This document shows, piece by piece, positions 50,071 to 59,340 of a DNA stretch of 64,000 nt. Positions within the stretch are counted from its first letter, which is position 1. The number at the start of each line of letters is the position of its first letter. The notes beneath the pieces are model-generated. The model had not been told where the DNA came from and did no database searches. It worked only from the letters and a program-made list of their open reading frames with translations. The DNA is from an uncultured Oscillospiraceae bacterium (lineage in GTDB: Bacteria; Bacillota; Clostridia; Oscillospirales; Oscillospiraceae). The position numbers and the translations under genes were made by a program. The DNA is taken from positions 1,893 to 65,892 of the forward strand of contig CAJOIU010000006.1 in the NCBI GenBank assembly GCA_905234855.1, in the 5' to 3' direction.

Positions 50071-51133
50071 GCTGCGCCCGCTGTATGACGGGATCTATAT
50101 GGGGATCGACGTAGGTCTGCTGGCCATAAACGCCGCCCGCGGCATGCGGAAGCGGGCCCGCGGAGCCGAACCCGCGCCCGGGCTGGACGCCGAATACAAA
50201 ACCTCGATCCGCCCCTATTGGCGGCAGTTCCGCGTCGGTGTGCCGAAAAAATACTGGTTCCGCTTCTGGGGCGGCGACCCCCGCTTTATCCCCGGCAACC
50301 TCTGGTATCGCCGGATCGTTCCCCATTTCAATACCGTCCTGTTCGCACAGGCGCTGCAGGACAAATGCATGCATAACGTCTATGTACCGGAGATCCGCCG
50401 CCCGGTCACCGTGGTCAAAAACGTCGCCGGGCATTTCTGCGCGGACGATCTCTCCCCGCTGACCGAGGAGGAGGCCATCGCCCGCTGCCATGACCGGGGG
50501 CGGGTGCTGATAAAGCCCTCTGTCGGCAGCGGCGAGGGACACAATATCCGTTTCTTCGACACGGACAGCGTCACGGACGAGGAGCTGCGCTCGCTCTTCC
50601 GGCAGTATAAGCGCAATTTCATCGTACAGGAGAAGCTGGCGCAGCATCCGGTGCTCGCGGCGCTCAACCCCAGCTCGCTCAATACCATCCGCATCATGAC
50701 CTTCCTGTTCCGCGGCGAGGTGCATATCCTCTCCGCGATCCTGCGGGTCGGCGGCGGCAAGAGCGAGGTGGACAATTTCGCGCAGGGCGGCTTCCAGCTC
50801 ACGATCCTGCCGGACGGACGCCTCGACCCGCATCCCGCCAGCAACGGCATGGCGCATATGACAGCGGAGGAGAAGGCCGAGCTCGTCCGCCGGTTCGAGA
50901 ACGTGCAGATCCCCTCCTTCGACCGGGTGATCGCCGCCGTGCGGGACGCCGCGCTGAAAATGCCCCATTTCGCCATCCTCGGCTGGGACATCGGCGTCGA
51001 CCCGGAGGGGGAGCCGACGCTCATTGAGTATAACGTCATCCCCGGCCAGAACCAAGGCACCTGCGGCCCCACCTTCGGCGAGCTGACGGACGCGGTGCTG
51101 GAAGACGTATTCGGAAGGAGAACCCGTTCATGA
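50060..51133 (+). CDS. sugar-transfer-associated / TupA-like ATP-grasp amidoligase (paralogue 1)
   Basis: PYWRQFRVG...DPRFIP N-terminal module. LIKPSVGSGEGHNI, QHPVLAALNPSSLNTIRI, LRVGGGKSEVDNFAQGG and GWDIGVDPEGEPTLIEYN. Confidence 0.75.
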   Translation: MSSKLRPLYDGIYMGIDVGLLAINAARGMRKRARGAEPAPGLDAEYKTSIRPYWRQFRVGVPKKYWFRFWGGDPRFIPGNLWYRRIVPHFNTVLFAQALQDKCMHNVYVPEIRRPVTVVKNVAGHFCADDLSPLTEEEAIARCHDRGRVLIKPSVGSGEGHNIRFFDTDSVTDEELRSLFRQYKRNFIVQEKLAQHPVLAALNPSSLNTIRIMTFLFRGEVHILSAILRVGGGKSEVDNFAQGGFQLTILPDGRLDPHPASNGMAHMTAEEKAELVRRFENVQIPSFDRVIAAVRDAALKMPHFAILGWDIGVDPEGEPTLIEYNVIPGQNQGTCGPTFGELTDAVLEDVFGRRTRS

Positions 51134-52224
51134 ACTATGCCGCAGGCCGCCGGATCTATGATCGCGTATACTACCGCCTCGAAAGCTGGGTGAAGGCCGC
51201 TGCTCTGAACGCCTCGGCTCGCCGCGCTCTGCGGGGCTTCCGGCCGGACAAGGTCTTCTGGGACAATTTCCGGCAGAACGTCCGCCCATATTGGGCGCAG
51301 TTCGGCGTGCGCGTCCGCCCGCTCTGGTTCAAGCGCTATTATCAGATGCACGGCGGCCTCGACCCCCGGCTCATCCCGGACGATATCCATCTGCGGAAGG
51401 TCATCCCGTTTTTTGACAAGGATATGTATATCCGCCCGCTGGTGGACAAAAACCTGCACGCGCTGATGTTCCCCGGCGTCAAACGGCCGGAGACCGTCTT
51501 CAAGCATATCGACGGGCGGTATACCGAGGACGACTTCACGTCCCTGTCCCGGGAGGAAGCCCTCAGCCGCTGCCTTGCGCCCGGCCGATTTATCGTAAAA
51601 CCCACGGTGGACACGGGGCAGGGCAAGGGCATTCGCTTTTTCTCCGGCGAGGACGGCCGCGAGGCGGTGGAGACGCTGCTCGCCTCCTTTGACAGCAGTG
51701 ACTATATCGTGCAGAAGGTCGTGCGTCAGCATCCTGCCATGGCGCATTTTAACCCCGGCTGCCTCAATACCCTGCGGGTCAACACCATGTATTTCGAGGG
51801 CAAGGCGTACATCCTCACCTCCATCCTCCGCATCGGCGCGGGCAGCAGCGAGGTGGACAACGTCTCGCAGGGCGGCTATCAGGTCACCGTGCATCCGGCG
51901 GACGGAACACTGGACAGCACGGCCTATACCCACTACGCGGGCATAGAGAAATATGTGGACGAGACCGACCGGGGCATCCGCTTTGAGGGGCTGACGATCC
52001 CCTGCTGGGACAAGATCAGCGCCGCTGCGCTGCGTCTGTGCGAATATATGCCCCATCTGAAGTACATCGGCTGGGACTTCGCGGTGGACGAAACGGGCGA
52101 CGTGGTGCTGGTAGAGTTCAACTGCCAGCTCGGCCAGAATCAAGAGACCTGCGGCCCCACCTTGGGGGATATGACAGAGCCGGTGCTGCGGGCGATCTAC
52201 GGAAAGAAAGAGGACAAGGCATGA
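51130..52224 (+). CDS. sugar-transfer-associated / TupA-like ATP-grasp amidoligase (paralogue 2)
   Basis: ATGA overlap. PYWAQFGVR...DPRLIP, IVKPTVDTGQGKGI, QHPAMAHFNPGCLNTLRV, LRIGAGSSEVDNVSQGG and GWDFAVDETGDVVLVEFN. Confidence 0.75.
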   Translation: MNYAAGRRIYDRVYYRLESWVKAAALNASARRALRGFRPDKVFWDNFRQNVRPYWAQFGVRVRPLWFKRYYQMHGGLDPRLIPDDIHLRKVIPFFDKDMYIRPLVDKNLHALMFPGVKRPETVFKHIDGRYTEDDFTSLSREEALSRCLAPGRFIVKPTVDTGQGKGIRFFSGEDGREAVETLLASFDSSDYIVQKVVRQHPAMAHFNPGCLNTLRVNTMYFEGKAYILTSILRIGAGSSEVDNVSQGGYQVTVHPADGTLDSTAYTHYAGIEKYVDETDRGIRFEGLTIPCWDKISAAALRLCEYMPHLKYIGWDFAVDETGDVVLVEFNCQLGQNQETCGPTLGDMTEPVLRAIYGKKEDKA

Positions 52225-53198
52225 CGCCCATCGAATATATCGGCGAGATACGCAAGGTGCTTTCGGAGCTGTCCGAGACGACAGGCTATCCTGTGTCCCG
52301 GCTGTTCCGCTCCTTCCTGCGGTGCTATATCACCAAGCGCGCGGAGGTCAACGAGTTCCGCAGCCTGCGCTTATACGAGCGTTCCTCGCTGCTGGTGCGG
52401 GAATACCTGCTGCAGCATGAGATGGAGGCCTACAGCGATCAGCTCAACATCGACATGACGGAGGAGGATTACCTCGAGATCTCCGATAAACACCTCTTCA
52501 ATCGGAACTTCGCGCCCTTCGTCCATCGCCGCTGGCTGTATGCGCCGGAATGCACCGCGGAGGAGCTGGCTGCGTTCCTGAAAAGCACCGACGCATTTCT
52601 CGTGAAGGAATGCCGGGGGATGCAGGGACACGGTATCCAGCGCTTCGAAAGCAAGGATATCGATCCGACCGCCTTTTGGGAGGAATACCGCAGCCAAAGC
52701 GTCCTGCTGGAGACCTTCATCCGGCAGCATCCCGCCATGGCGGCGCTGAACCCCACGTCCGTCAATACGATCCGGCTGATCGCGGCCCGCAAAAACGACG
52801 ACATCTGTCTCATCGGCGGCGGTCTGCGGGTCGGCGGCGCGGGACAGTTCGTGGACAACTATCACAACGGCGGCGTGGCCTATCCCCTCGATCTGGAAAC
52901 AGGCATCGTCACCGGCCGCGGCTATGACCACGAGGGACGACCCGTACTGCGCCACCCCACCACCGGGCATATCATGCCGGGCTTCGCGGTGCCGCATTGG
53001 GCGCAGGTATTGGAAACCGTGCATCGCGCCGCGACGATCCTTCCCCATATCGGCTATGTGGGCTGGGATATCGCCGTCACGGAGGACGGCGCGGAGCTCA
53101 TCGAGGGAAACGTGAACTACCCCGGCAACAACGTGATCCAGCTCGACGGCCCCGGAGCTCTCAAGCGTCTGACGGATTTCATCCAAAAGACATCATGA
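52221..53198 (+). CDS. sugar-transfer-associated ATP-grasp amidoligase (paralogue 3, different N-terminal module)
   Basis: ATGA overlap. LVKECRGMQGHGI, QHPAMAALNPTSVNTIRL, LRVGGAGQFVDNYHNGG and GWDIAVTEDGAELIEGN. Confidence 0.75.
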   Translation: MTPIEYIGEIRKVLSELSETTGYPVSRLFRSFLRCYITKRAEVNEFRSLRLYERSSLLVREYLLQHEMEAYSDQLNIDMTEEDYLEISDKHLFNRNFAPFVHRRWLYAPECTAEELAAFLKSTDAFLVKECRGMQGHGIQRFESKDIDPTAFWEEYRSQSVLLETFIRQHPAMAALNPTSVNTIRLIAARKNDDICLIGGGLRVGGAGQFVDNYHNGGVAYPLDLETGIVTGRGYDHEGRPVLRHPTTGHIMPGFAVPHWAQVLETVHRAATILPHIGYVGWDIAVTEDGAELIEGNVNYPGNNVIQLDGPGALKRLTDFIQKTS

Positions 53199-53216
53199 AC
53201 TACAGGAGACTGCGCC

Positions 53217-54350
53217 ATGCGAACGAAACGTCAACAGGCATACGATAAGTTCATATACTGCTTTCCCTTCGATGTGTACAATTTCTTCGCCGACCTGCGC
53301 AACCTGCGCCGCACGATGAAATACCGGGCGGGGAAGGAATTCCGGGAAAACTACCGCAAGGTAGTCGTACCCTATTGGCGGCAGTTCGGCGTCCGGCCGC
53401 CGCGGCTTTGGTGCAAGCATATGTACCACCTGACGGGCAGCCTCGATCCGCGCTATATCCCGAACCCGATCCATTACCGCAATATCATTACCTACTTCGA
53501 CGATCCGTCCTATGAGCATGTGATGGAGGACAAGAACCTCTACAGCGTGCTGTTCCCCTCCGTCAAGCGCCCGGAAACGATCTGCAAGCATTTCGCCACG
53601 ACCATCTACGGCAACGCCCCGGATCACTATACCGACGACGATTTTACGCCGCTCTCCCGGGAGGAAGCCGTTCGGCGCTGCCTTGCCGGCGGAAAGTTCA
53701 TCATAAAGCCCACCTGCGACACGGGCGGCGGCTCCGATGTGAAGAGCTTCTCCTCGGAGGACGGGGCGGAAGCGATCGAAGCGCTTTTCGACTCCTACCG
53801 CGGCGTGGATTTTATCATCCAGCGCTTTGTGAAGCAGCATGCTGATCTTGCCCGGCTCAACGATTCGAGCCTCAACACCATGCGCATCGTCACGATGGTT
53901 TTCCATGAGAAGCCGTACCTTCTCTCCGCGATCCTGCGGGTCGGCCATCAGGGAAGCCCGGTGGACAATTATTCCTCCGGCGGGTATCAATGCACCATCC
54001 TGCCCGACGGGACCCTTGACCGCCTCGCCGCCACCAAGGTCTCCGGCGTTGACGAATATGTGGAGGAAAACGAAAACGGCCTCCGCTTTGAAGGCATCCG
54101 CGTCCCCAGCTGGGACGCTGCCCAGAAGCTGGTGATGGAGCTGGCGGTGAAGCTGCCGCACCTCAAGTACATCGGCTGGGATATCGCGGTGGACGAAGAC
54201 GGCGATCTCGTTCTCATCGAATTCAACTGCCATATCGACCAGAACCAAGAGACCTGCGGCCCCACCTTCGGCGATATGACCGACGAGGTTCTGGCGGACG
54301 TGTTCCGCGACCGGATCGAAAAACGCAAAGGCAAGAAAGCGCGCGGATAA
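53217..54350 (+). CDS. sugar-transfer-associated / TupA-like ATP-grasp amidoligase (paralogue 4)
   Basis: PYWRQFGVR...DPRYIP, IIKPTCDTGGGSDV, QHADLARLNDSSLNTMRI, LRVGHQGSPVDNYSSGG and GWDIAVDEDGDLVLIEFN. Confidence 0.75.
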   Translation: MRTKRQQAYDKFIYCFPFDVYNFFADLRNLRRTMKYRAGKEFRENYRKVVVPYWRQFGVRPPRLWCKHMYHLTGSLDPRYIPNPIHYRNIITYFDDPSYEHVMEDKNLYSVLFPSVKRPETICKHFATTIYGNAPDHYTDDDFTPLSREEAVRRCLAGGKFIIKPTCDTGGGSDVKSFSSEDGAEAIEALFDSYRGVDFIIQRFVKQHADLARLNDSSLNTMRIVTMVFHEKPYLLSAILRVGHQGSPVDNYSSGGYQCTILPDGTLDRLAATKVSGVDEYVEENENGLRFEGIRVPSWDAAQKLVMELAVKLPHLKYIGWDIAVDEDGDLVLIEFNCHIDQNQETCGPTFGDMTDEVLADVFRDRIEKRKGKKARG

Positions 54351-54372
54351 AGGCCGCAGGAGCGTCCTCTCT

Positions 54373-55941
54373 ATGACAAGAACACAGAACTCCTTTTTCA
54401 ACTACATCACGAGCCTGCTCTATATGCTGATCGTCGTGGGGCTGAATTTCGTCACCCGCTCAGTATTCACGCGCCAGCTAGGGCTGAGTTTTCTCGGCAT
54501 CGAGGGATATTTTACGAACATCCTCTCCATGCTCTCGCTGGCGGATCTCGGCTTCGGCTCCGCCATCGTTTTCAAGCTTTATAAGCCCATCGAGGAAAAC
54601 GACCGGCCGCGGATTCTGGTGCTTTTGAAGCTCTATCGGAAGGCGTATCTCATCATCGGCTCGGTCATCTTCGGCCTCGGTCTTTGCCTCATCCCGCTGC
54701 TGCCGAAGCTTGTTAAGGACTATTACGTTCTCTCGGAGCTCGGTCTCAACGGCGTCTTCGTCTATCTGCTCTATCTGTTCAACACCGCCGGCTCCTACTG
54801 GGTCTTCGCCTATAAATCCGCCTTCGTGCAGGCAAATCAGAAGACCTATATCCTCACGGTCATCGGCTATGCCATCACCATCGCAAACAGCGTCTGCCAG
54901 ATGCTGGCGCTCATTTTCTTCCGAAATTTCATCGTCTACCTGTGCGTACAGATTTTCTTTGCTCTGCTGCAGAACGTCGTCTGGGCGATCGTATGCGACA
55001 GGAAATATCCCTTCGTAAACGACAAAACCGAGGCGAACATCTCCCGCGAGGAGCTGAAGGAGTTTTTCAAGGACTGCTCGGCGCTGTTTCTCTATTCGGC
55101 CTGCGCCGTCATCATCGGCGGGTCGGACAACATCGTCCTGTCCGCGCTGCTCGGCCTGAACGCTGTCGGCATCTACTACGGCTATTCCTCCATCCGGCAG
55201 GCGGTCCGCTCGATCCTATATACCTTCCTCACCTCCATACAGGCGTCTCTCGGCAGCCTGCACTCCACCGGCAACCTCGAATGGTCGCGGCTGGGCTTCC
55301 GCGTCGTGAATTTTGCCGCCGTATGGATCTACAGCATCGGCGCCATCGGCGTCGCCGTGCTGGCGGACGAGTTTCTCCCCCTCTGGCTGGGCGACGCCTC
55401 CTATGTCGTCACAAGCTGGAATTATAACGGTACTGTCATTCCCACGCCGGTGGCCGTGCTGGTGGGCATCGAGATCTATATCATCGGCCAGCAGAACACC
55501 TGCGGCATCTTCCGCAACGCCATGGGGCTTTTCCAGCAGATGAAGCGCCGCCCCATCGCCAGCATCCTCATAAACGTCCTGCTCTCGATCCTCCTCGTGC
55601 CGTATCTCGGCATCGCGGGCTGCGTCGTCAGCACCATCGTAGCGGGACTTACCACGAACCTCATTTTCGATCCTCTCATTATTTATAAATACGCCCTCAA
55701 AACGTCGCCTAAGGCCTATTATCTGCGCAACCTCCTGTATAAGGCCGTCGCGCTGGCCGCCGGCGCCGCGGCATGGCTGATCTGCGGCAGGATCTCGCTG
55801 GCCGGCGTGGTCGGTCTTCTGCTCCGGGGGTGCGTATGTGTCGCCGTCCCCAGCGTCTTCTTTGCCCTTTGCTTCTGCCGCACCACGGAATTTCGCTTTC
55901 TGCTGGATTCCGTCAAAAACCTGATCCCCCGCCGGACGTAA
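54373..55941 (+). CDS. MOP-superfamily (Wzx/PST-type) lipid-linked glycan flippase
   Basis: 522 aa and polytopic. The N-terminal NYITSLLYMLIVVGLNFVTRSVFTRQLG...LADLGFGSAIV is typical of polysaccharide-transport-family flippases. Confidence 0.7.
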   Translation: MTRTQNSFFNYITSLLYMLIVVGLNFVTRSVFTRQLGLSFLGIEGYFTNILSMLSLADLGFGSAIVFKLYKPIEENDRPRILVLLKLYRKAYLIIGSVIFGLGLCLIPLLPKLVKDYYVLSELGLNGVFVYLLYLFNTAGSYWVFAYKSAFVQANQKTYILTVIGYAITIANSVCQMLALIFFRNFIVYLCVQIFFALLQNVVWAIVCDRKYPFVNDKTEANISREELKEFFKDCSALFLYSACAVIIGGSDNIVLSALLGLNAVGIYYGYSSIRQAVRSILYTFLTSIQASLGSLHSTGNLEWSRLGFRVVNFAAVWIYSIGAIGVAVLADEFLPLWLGDASYVVTSWNYNGTVIPTPVAVLVGIEIYIIGQQNTCGIFRNAMGLFQQMKRRPIASILINVLLSILLVPYLGIAGCVVSTIVAGLTTNLIFDPLIIYKYALKTSPKAYYLRNLLYKAVALAAGAAAWLICGRISLAGVVGLLLRGCVCVAVPSVFFALCFCRTTEFRFLLDSVKNLIPRRT

Positions 55942-55961
55942 CAGAAAGGAAGAGATCCGTC

Positions 55962-57047
55962 ATGGCCTTCGAGCTATCCACCTTTGCCTATCATGCCGTC
56001 GATCAATACCGCTTGGCTTATCACAACCGCGACCTGCTGCGCTGGGAAAAGAAGGTCTGCCGCGCCCATCCCGAATGGGCGCCGCTGACCGCGGCGGAGC
56101 TCGCCGAGATCCGGCCCCGGGATCGCTGGGGCTGCAAGCTTTTCAAAAACATGGCCGGTACCACCGAGAATACCCGCTGCTTCATTACAGAAGCGCCGTT
56201 TCGCACCCTCATCCTTCCGATGCTCAATCCCCTCAACCACCGCAGCAACAGCGACGGCTTCGGCACCCTGTTTTCGGATAAGAATTACAGCGAGCTGTTC
56301 ATGCCCGGCATGACGTTTCCGAAAACGCTGCTCTACCGCATCCACGGGGAATACTACGACGCAAAGCGGCGGCACATCCCCGCGGCGGCAGCGCTTGACC
56401 AGCTTCGCGGTCATGACCGGCTCGTCTTCAAGCATTCGACGGACACCGGCCACGGCACCGGCGTAGTGCCCGTGCAGGCGGAGGATTTCGCTGCGCAGCT
56501 CGATTACTCCCAGAACTATCTCGTGCAGGAGCTGATCCGCCAGCATGAATCGCTTGCGTATTTCAATCCCTCCTCGGTGAATGCCATCCGTATCAACACG
56601 CTGTTTTGGCGCGGGCATGTGTATGTCCTCGGCGGCATCCTGCGCATCGGTGCGCCCGGCGCCTTCTGCGACCATGAGAGCATCGGCAAAAACGCCTATC
56701 TCTCCATCGCCCTCGCGGAGGACGGCACGATCCTGCCCCATGCCGTGGACGTGGACAACTACTACGCTTATGACACCTGCCGCGGCATCCCCATCCAAGG
56801 CCGCATCCCCGCGTATGAGGAGATGAAGCGCAGCGCCGCCGCCGCCCATGAGAATTATCCCGGCTACGGGCTGATCGCGTGGGATTTCACCGTCGGCGAG
56901 GACGGCCGTCCCATCTGCGTCGAATTCAACACCGTCTATCCCGGCCCGGTGGGCACCCAATGCGCTCTCGGCCCGGTATTCGCCCAAAAGAGCGTCGAGG
57001 GCGTGCCGCTCTTCGATGAGCTGATGGCCGCGGTCAAAAAGAAATAA
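55962..57047 (+). CDS. sugar-transfer-associated ATP-grasp amidoligase (paralogue 5, divergent)
   Basis: LVFKHSTDTGHGTGV, QHESLAYFNPSSVNAIRI, LRIGAPGAF and AWDFTVGEDGRPICVEFN. It lacks the VDN..GG motif of the other four. Confidence 0.7.
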   Translation: MAFELSTFAYHAVDQYRLAYHNRDLLRWEKKVCRAHPEWAPLTAAELAEIRPRDRWGCKLFKNMAGTTENTRCFITEAPFRTLILPMLNPLNHRSNSDGFGTLFSDKNYSELFMPGMTFPKTLLYRIHGEYYDAKRRHIPAAAALDQLRGHDRLVFKHSTDTGHGTGVVPVQAEDFAAQLDYSQNYLVQELIRQHESLAYFNPSSVNAIRINTLFWRGHVYVLGGILRIGAPGAFCDHESIGKNAYLSIALAEDGTILPHAVDVDNYYAYDTCRGIPIQGRIPAYEEMKRSAAAAHENYPGYGLIAWDFTVGEDGRPICVEFNTVYPGPVGTQCALGPVFAQKSVEGVPLFDELMAAVKKK

Positions 57048-57051
57048 TGCC

Positions 57052-57080
57052 GATGCCCCCGATCGCGGATCGGGGGCATC
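57052..57080 (+). terminator. stem-loop after the last gene of the locus
   Basis: gatgcccccgatc-gcg-gatcgggggcatc, a 13-bp stem with no clear T-tract. Confidence 0.5.
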
Positions 57081-57092
57081 CTAATAACAAAA

Positions 57093-57116
57093 GGGGTTCG
57101 GCAATGGCCGAACCCC
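57093..57116 (-). terminator. terminator of paralogue 3
   Basis: ggggttcggc-aatg-gccgaacccc, followed on the minus strand by TTTTGTTATT. Confidence 0.6.
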
Positions 57117-57139
57117 TCGGTTTATAGATGCTGCGGAGA

Positions 57140-59299
57140 TTACGAGGCGCCGCCGGAGGCCTCGCCGGAGCCGCCCATGTCCACATTGGCGACAAGGGAG
57201 GACATATCGGCGGGAACGACGCCCTTGGCCGCCGCGTCGGCGATCAGCGCCTCGCCGACCTGCATGGCCGCCACGACGTCCGCCCCGGCGGGAACGACCA
57301 CGACATTCTCATAGGTGCCGGCGGCAAGCGCGAGCTTCTGCCCGTTCTGATACACGTCGCCGTTCACGACGCTCGTCCCGTCCACGGTGAGGGAGGCGAG
57401 GTAGCTCAGGCCGGTGACGTTCCATGTGGAATTTGTCAGCGACAGGCTCACGGGGTTATTCACCGTGGGCGCAGCGAAGCTCAGAAGGCGGCCGATGGAG
57501 AGGTAGTCGTAGGTTCCCTCGCGGCCGTAGGAATCGACGGTGATGGTGCCGGTGAGCATGGTGCCGTCGTCGGTGCAATGGGCGGCATAGGCCGAGCTGA
57601 CTGCGCCGGTGAGGGAGGCGTCTGTCAGATTCACCGCGATGGAATCGTTTTTGAACTTCGTCTGGCTGCCGGTCTGGCTGCCGACGCTGTTGAAGACATT
57701 GCCGGAGAGGGCGGAATCGGTGATATTCAGCGTAGTGACGCCGCCGGCGCCGTTGCCCTCGGCGGTCAGATACTCGTCATAGGTGCCGTAGGGGACGGTG
57801 AAGGTGGTAGCGCCGGGGCCGCCGCCGAGGTCGTCGGAGTCGATGACCTCAAGAAGACTGCCGCCCCAAGGACTCTCCGCCGTAAGATCCACGGTCACAT
57901 CCCGCAGGTTGATGGTCTCGCCGTTGCCGCCCTTCGATTTGATCATGAGGAAGGTATCGGCCACGTCAAAGTCGGACTCGGAGATATCCAGCAGGGTGCT
58001 GGAGCCGGTCTGATGGCTCATGAAGCCGATGCGGTCGCTCCAGCCATAGAAGCGGCCGGCGTCGGAGGCGCCGATGGTAACCTTGCCTCCGGTGATGATG
58101 ATGAGATAATCCGGGGCGAACCAGCGTCCGCCGTAAGCGGAATCGGTAAAGCCGTCGCAGTAGGCGATGTATCCGGAATCCTTGCCGACGCGGCCGTAGC
58201 TGACGCCGTATTCCACGCCGTTCACGGTATAGGTCTCGTCATAAGTGGAGCCCGCCTGCACCGGCTCGACATAGCCGAGGACGGCCACGGTATCGGTCGC
58301 CACCAGCGTGCCGCTGCCGGAGTCGGTGGAGAGGACTGCCCAGCCGTTCGAGGAAATGAGGGAGTCCTTAAAGGTGATGGCAGCCTGTCCGCAGTCGAGC
58401 GTGGCGCGGATATTGCCGGTGAGACCCAGCGCGAAGGGAACCTGTTGCATCATCGGGGTGGCGAAGTTATCATCCGGGCTGTAGGCAACGAGATCCTCGT
58501 CGTTATAGGTCTGGACGACGGTATTGATAACGTCCACCGCCGCGCTGCCGCCGGACCAGATCGCGGAGCGGAGAGCGCCGCCGGAGGTGAACACGCTGTC
58601 GGAAATGGTGACGAGAGCCTCGCCGCTGGCGATGACCGCCGCGCCTTGGCCGGTGAAATCGTCGCCGCCCTTGCCGAAGGCGGTGAACTCGGAATCGGTG
58701 ATATCCACCTTGCCGCCGTTCACATACACGGCGGAGAAGTAATCGCCCTCGGAATCATAGGTCATGCCGGAAACGCTGCTGTCGGTGATGGCGGCGCCAC
58801 CCTGCGCAGCCTCGACGGAGTTGGCAGCCTGATAGCCGTTCTCGTCATAATACGCCGCCGCAGTGTAATAGAAGGAGCCGATCAGGCTGCCCGCATCGTC
58901 GCCGAACTTGGAGTTGCCGGCGTTGGCGGAGGCGCCCTTCGCCGCGAGGGTCAGAACGACGTCGCCGGTGTAGGTGACGTTTTCGGCGTTATACAGATCG
59001 ACCTGCACGCCGTCCACGGTGAGGATGGCCACATAGGCGTCGCTGTCCACGTCGATCTCGCCGCCGTCATAGACGATCTTCGAGACATTGCAGAACTGGG
59101 TCGCGTCCACATAGTCCGCGAAGGCGTCCGCGATCTCCACGGAACGGATGGTGATGGAATCGCCCGCCCAATGCGTATCGTCCACTTGGGCGAAGCTGCC
59201 GCCGGAGGCTCCGCTGGGATCGCCGCTGGCAAAAACGCCGAGGGAGAGCACGAAGCAGAGCGCCATCACAATGGCCAGAGTTCTTGTGAGCTTCTTCAT
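57140..59299 (-). CDS. secreted beta-helix-like surface protein (paralogue 3)
   Basis: Start at MKKLTRTLAIVMALCFVLSLGVFA behind AAAGGAAAGGA. Shares NGWAVLSTD and STWNVTGLS modules with 6968-9061 and 11141-12895. Confidence 0.8.
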   Translation of the reverse strand: MKKLTRTLAIVMALCFVLSLGVFASGDPSGASGGSFAQVDDTHWAGDSITIRSVEIADAFADYVDATQFCNVSKIVYDGGEIDVDSDAYVAILTVDGVQVDLYNAENVTYTGDVVLTLAAKGASANAGNSKFGDDAGSLIGSFYYTAAAYYDENGYQAANSVEAAQGGAAITDSSVSGMTYDSEGDYFSAVYVNGGKVDITDSEFTAFGKGGDDFTGQGAAVIASGEALVTISDSVFTSGGALRSAIWSGGSAAVDVINTVVQTYNDEDLVAYSPDDNFATPMMQQVPFALGLTGNIRATLDCGQAAITFKDSLISSNGWAVLSTDSGSGTLVATDTVAVLGYVEPVQAGSTYDETYTVNGVEYGVSYGRVGKDSGYIAYCDGFTDSAYGGRWFAPDYLIIITGGKVTIGASDAGRFYGWSDRIGFMSHQTGSSTLLDISESDFDVADTFLMIKSKGGNGETINLRDVTVDLTAESPWGGSLLEVIDSDDLGGGPGATTFTVPYGTYDEYLTAEGNGAGGVTTLNITDSALSGNVFNSVGSQTGSQTKFKNDSIAVNLTDASLTGAVSSAYAAHCTDDGTMLTGTITVDSYGREGTYDYLSIGRLLSFAAPTVNNPVSLSLTNSTWNVTGLSYLASLTVDGTSVVNGDVYQNGQKLALAAGTYENVVVVPAGADVVAAMQVGEALIADAAAKGVVPADMSSLVANVDMGGSGEASGGAS

Positions 59300-59340
59300 G
59301 GTGTCCTTTCCTTTCAGATGATGTATTTTTAGGGATTTGC

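Noticed and set aside
57128-59332. 734-aa plus-strand ORF; similar cases at 6902-8245, 9801-11066 and 11150-12913
   Set aside because: All are antisense to the secreted beta-helix genes. Those genes' Gly/Ala/Asp/Thr-rich codons leave the opposite strand free of stops. The sense genes have signal peptides, RBSs, promoters and terminators, and these ORFs do not.
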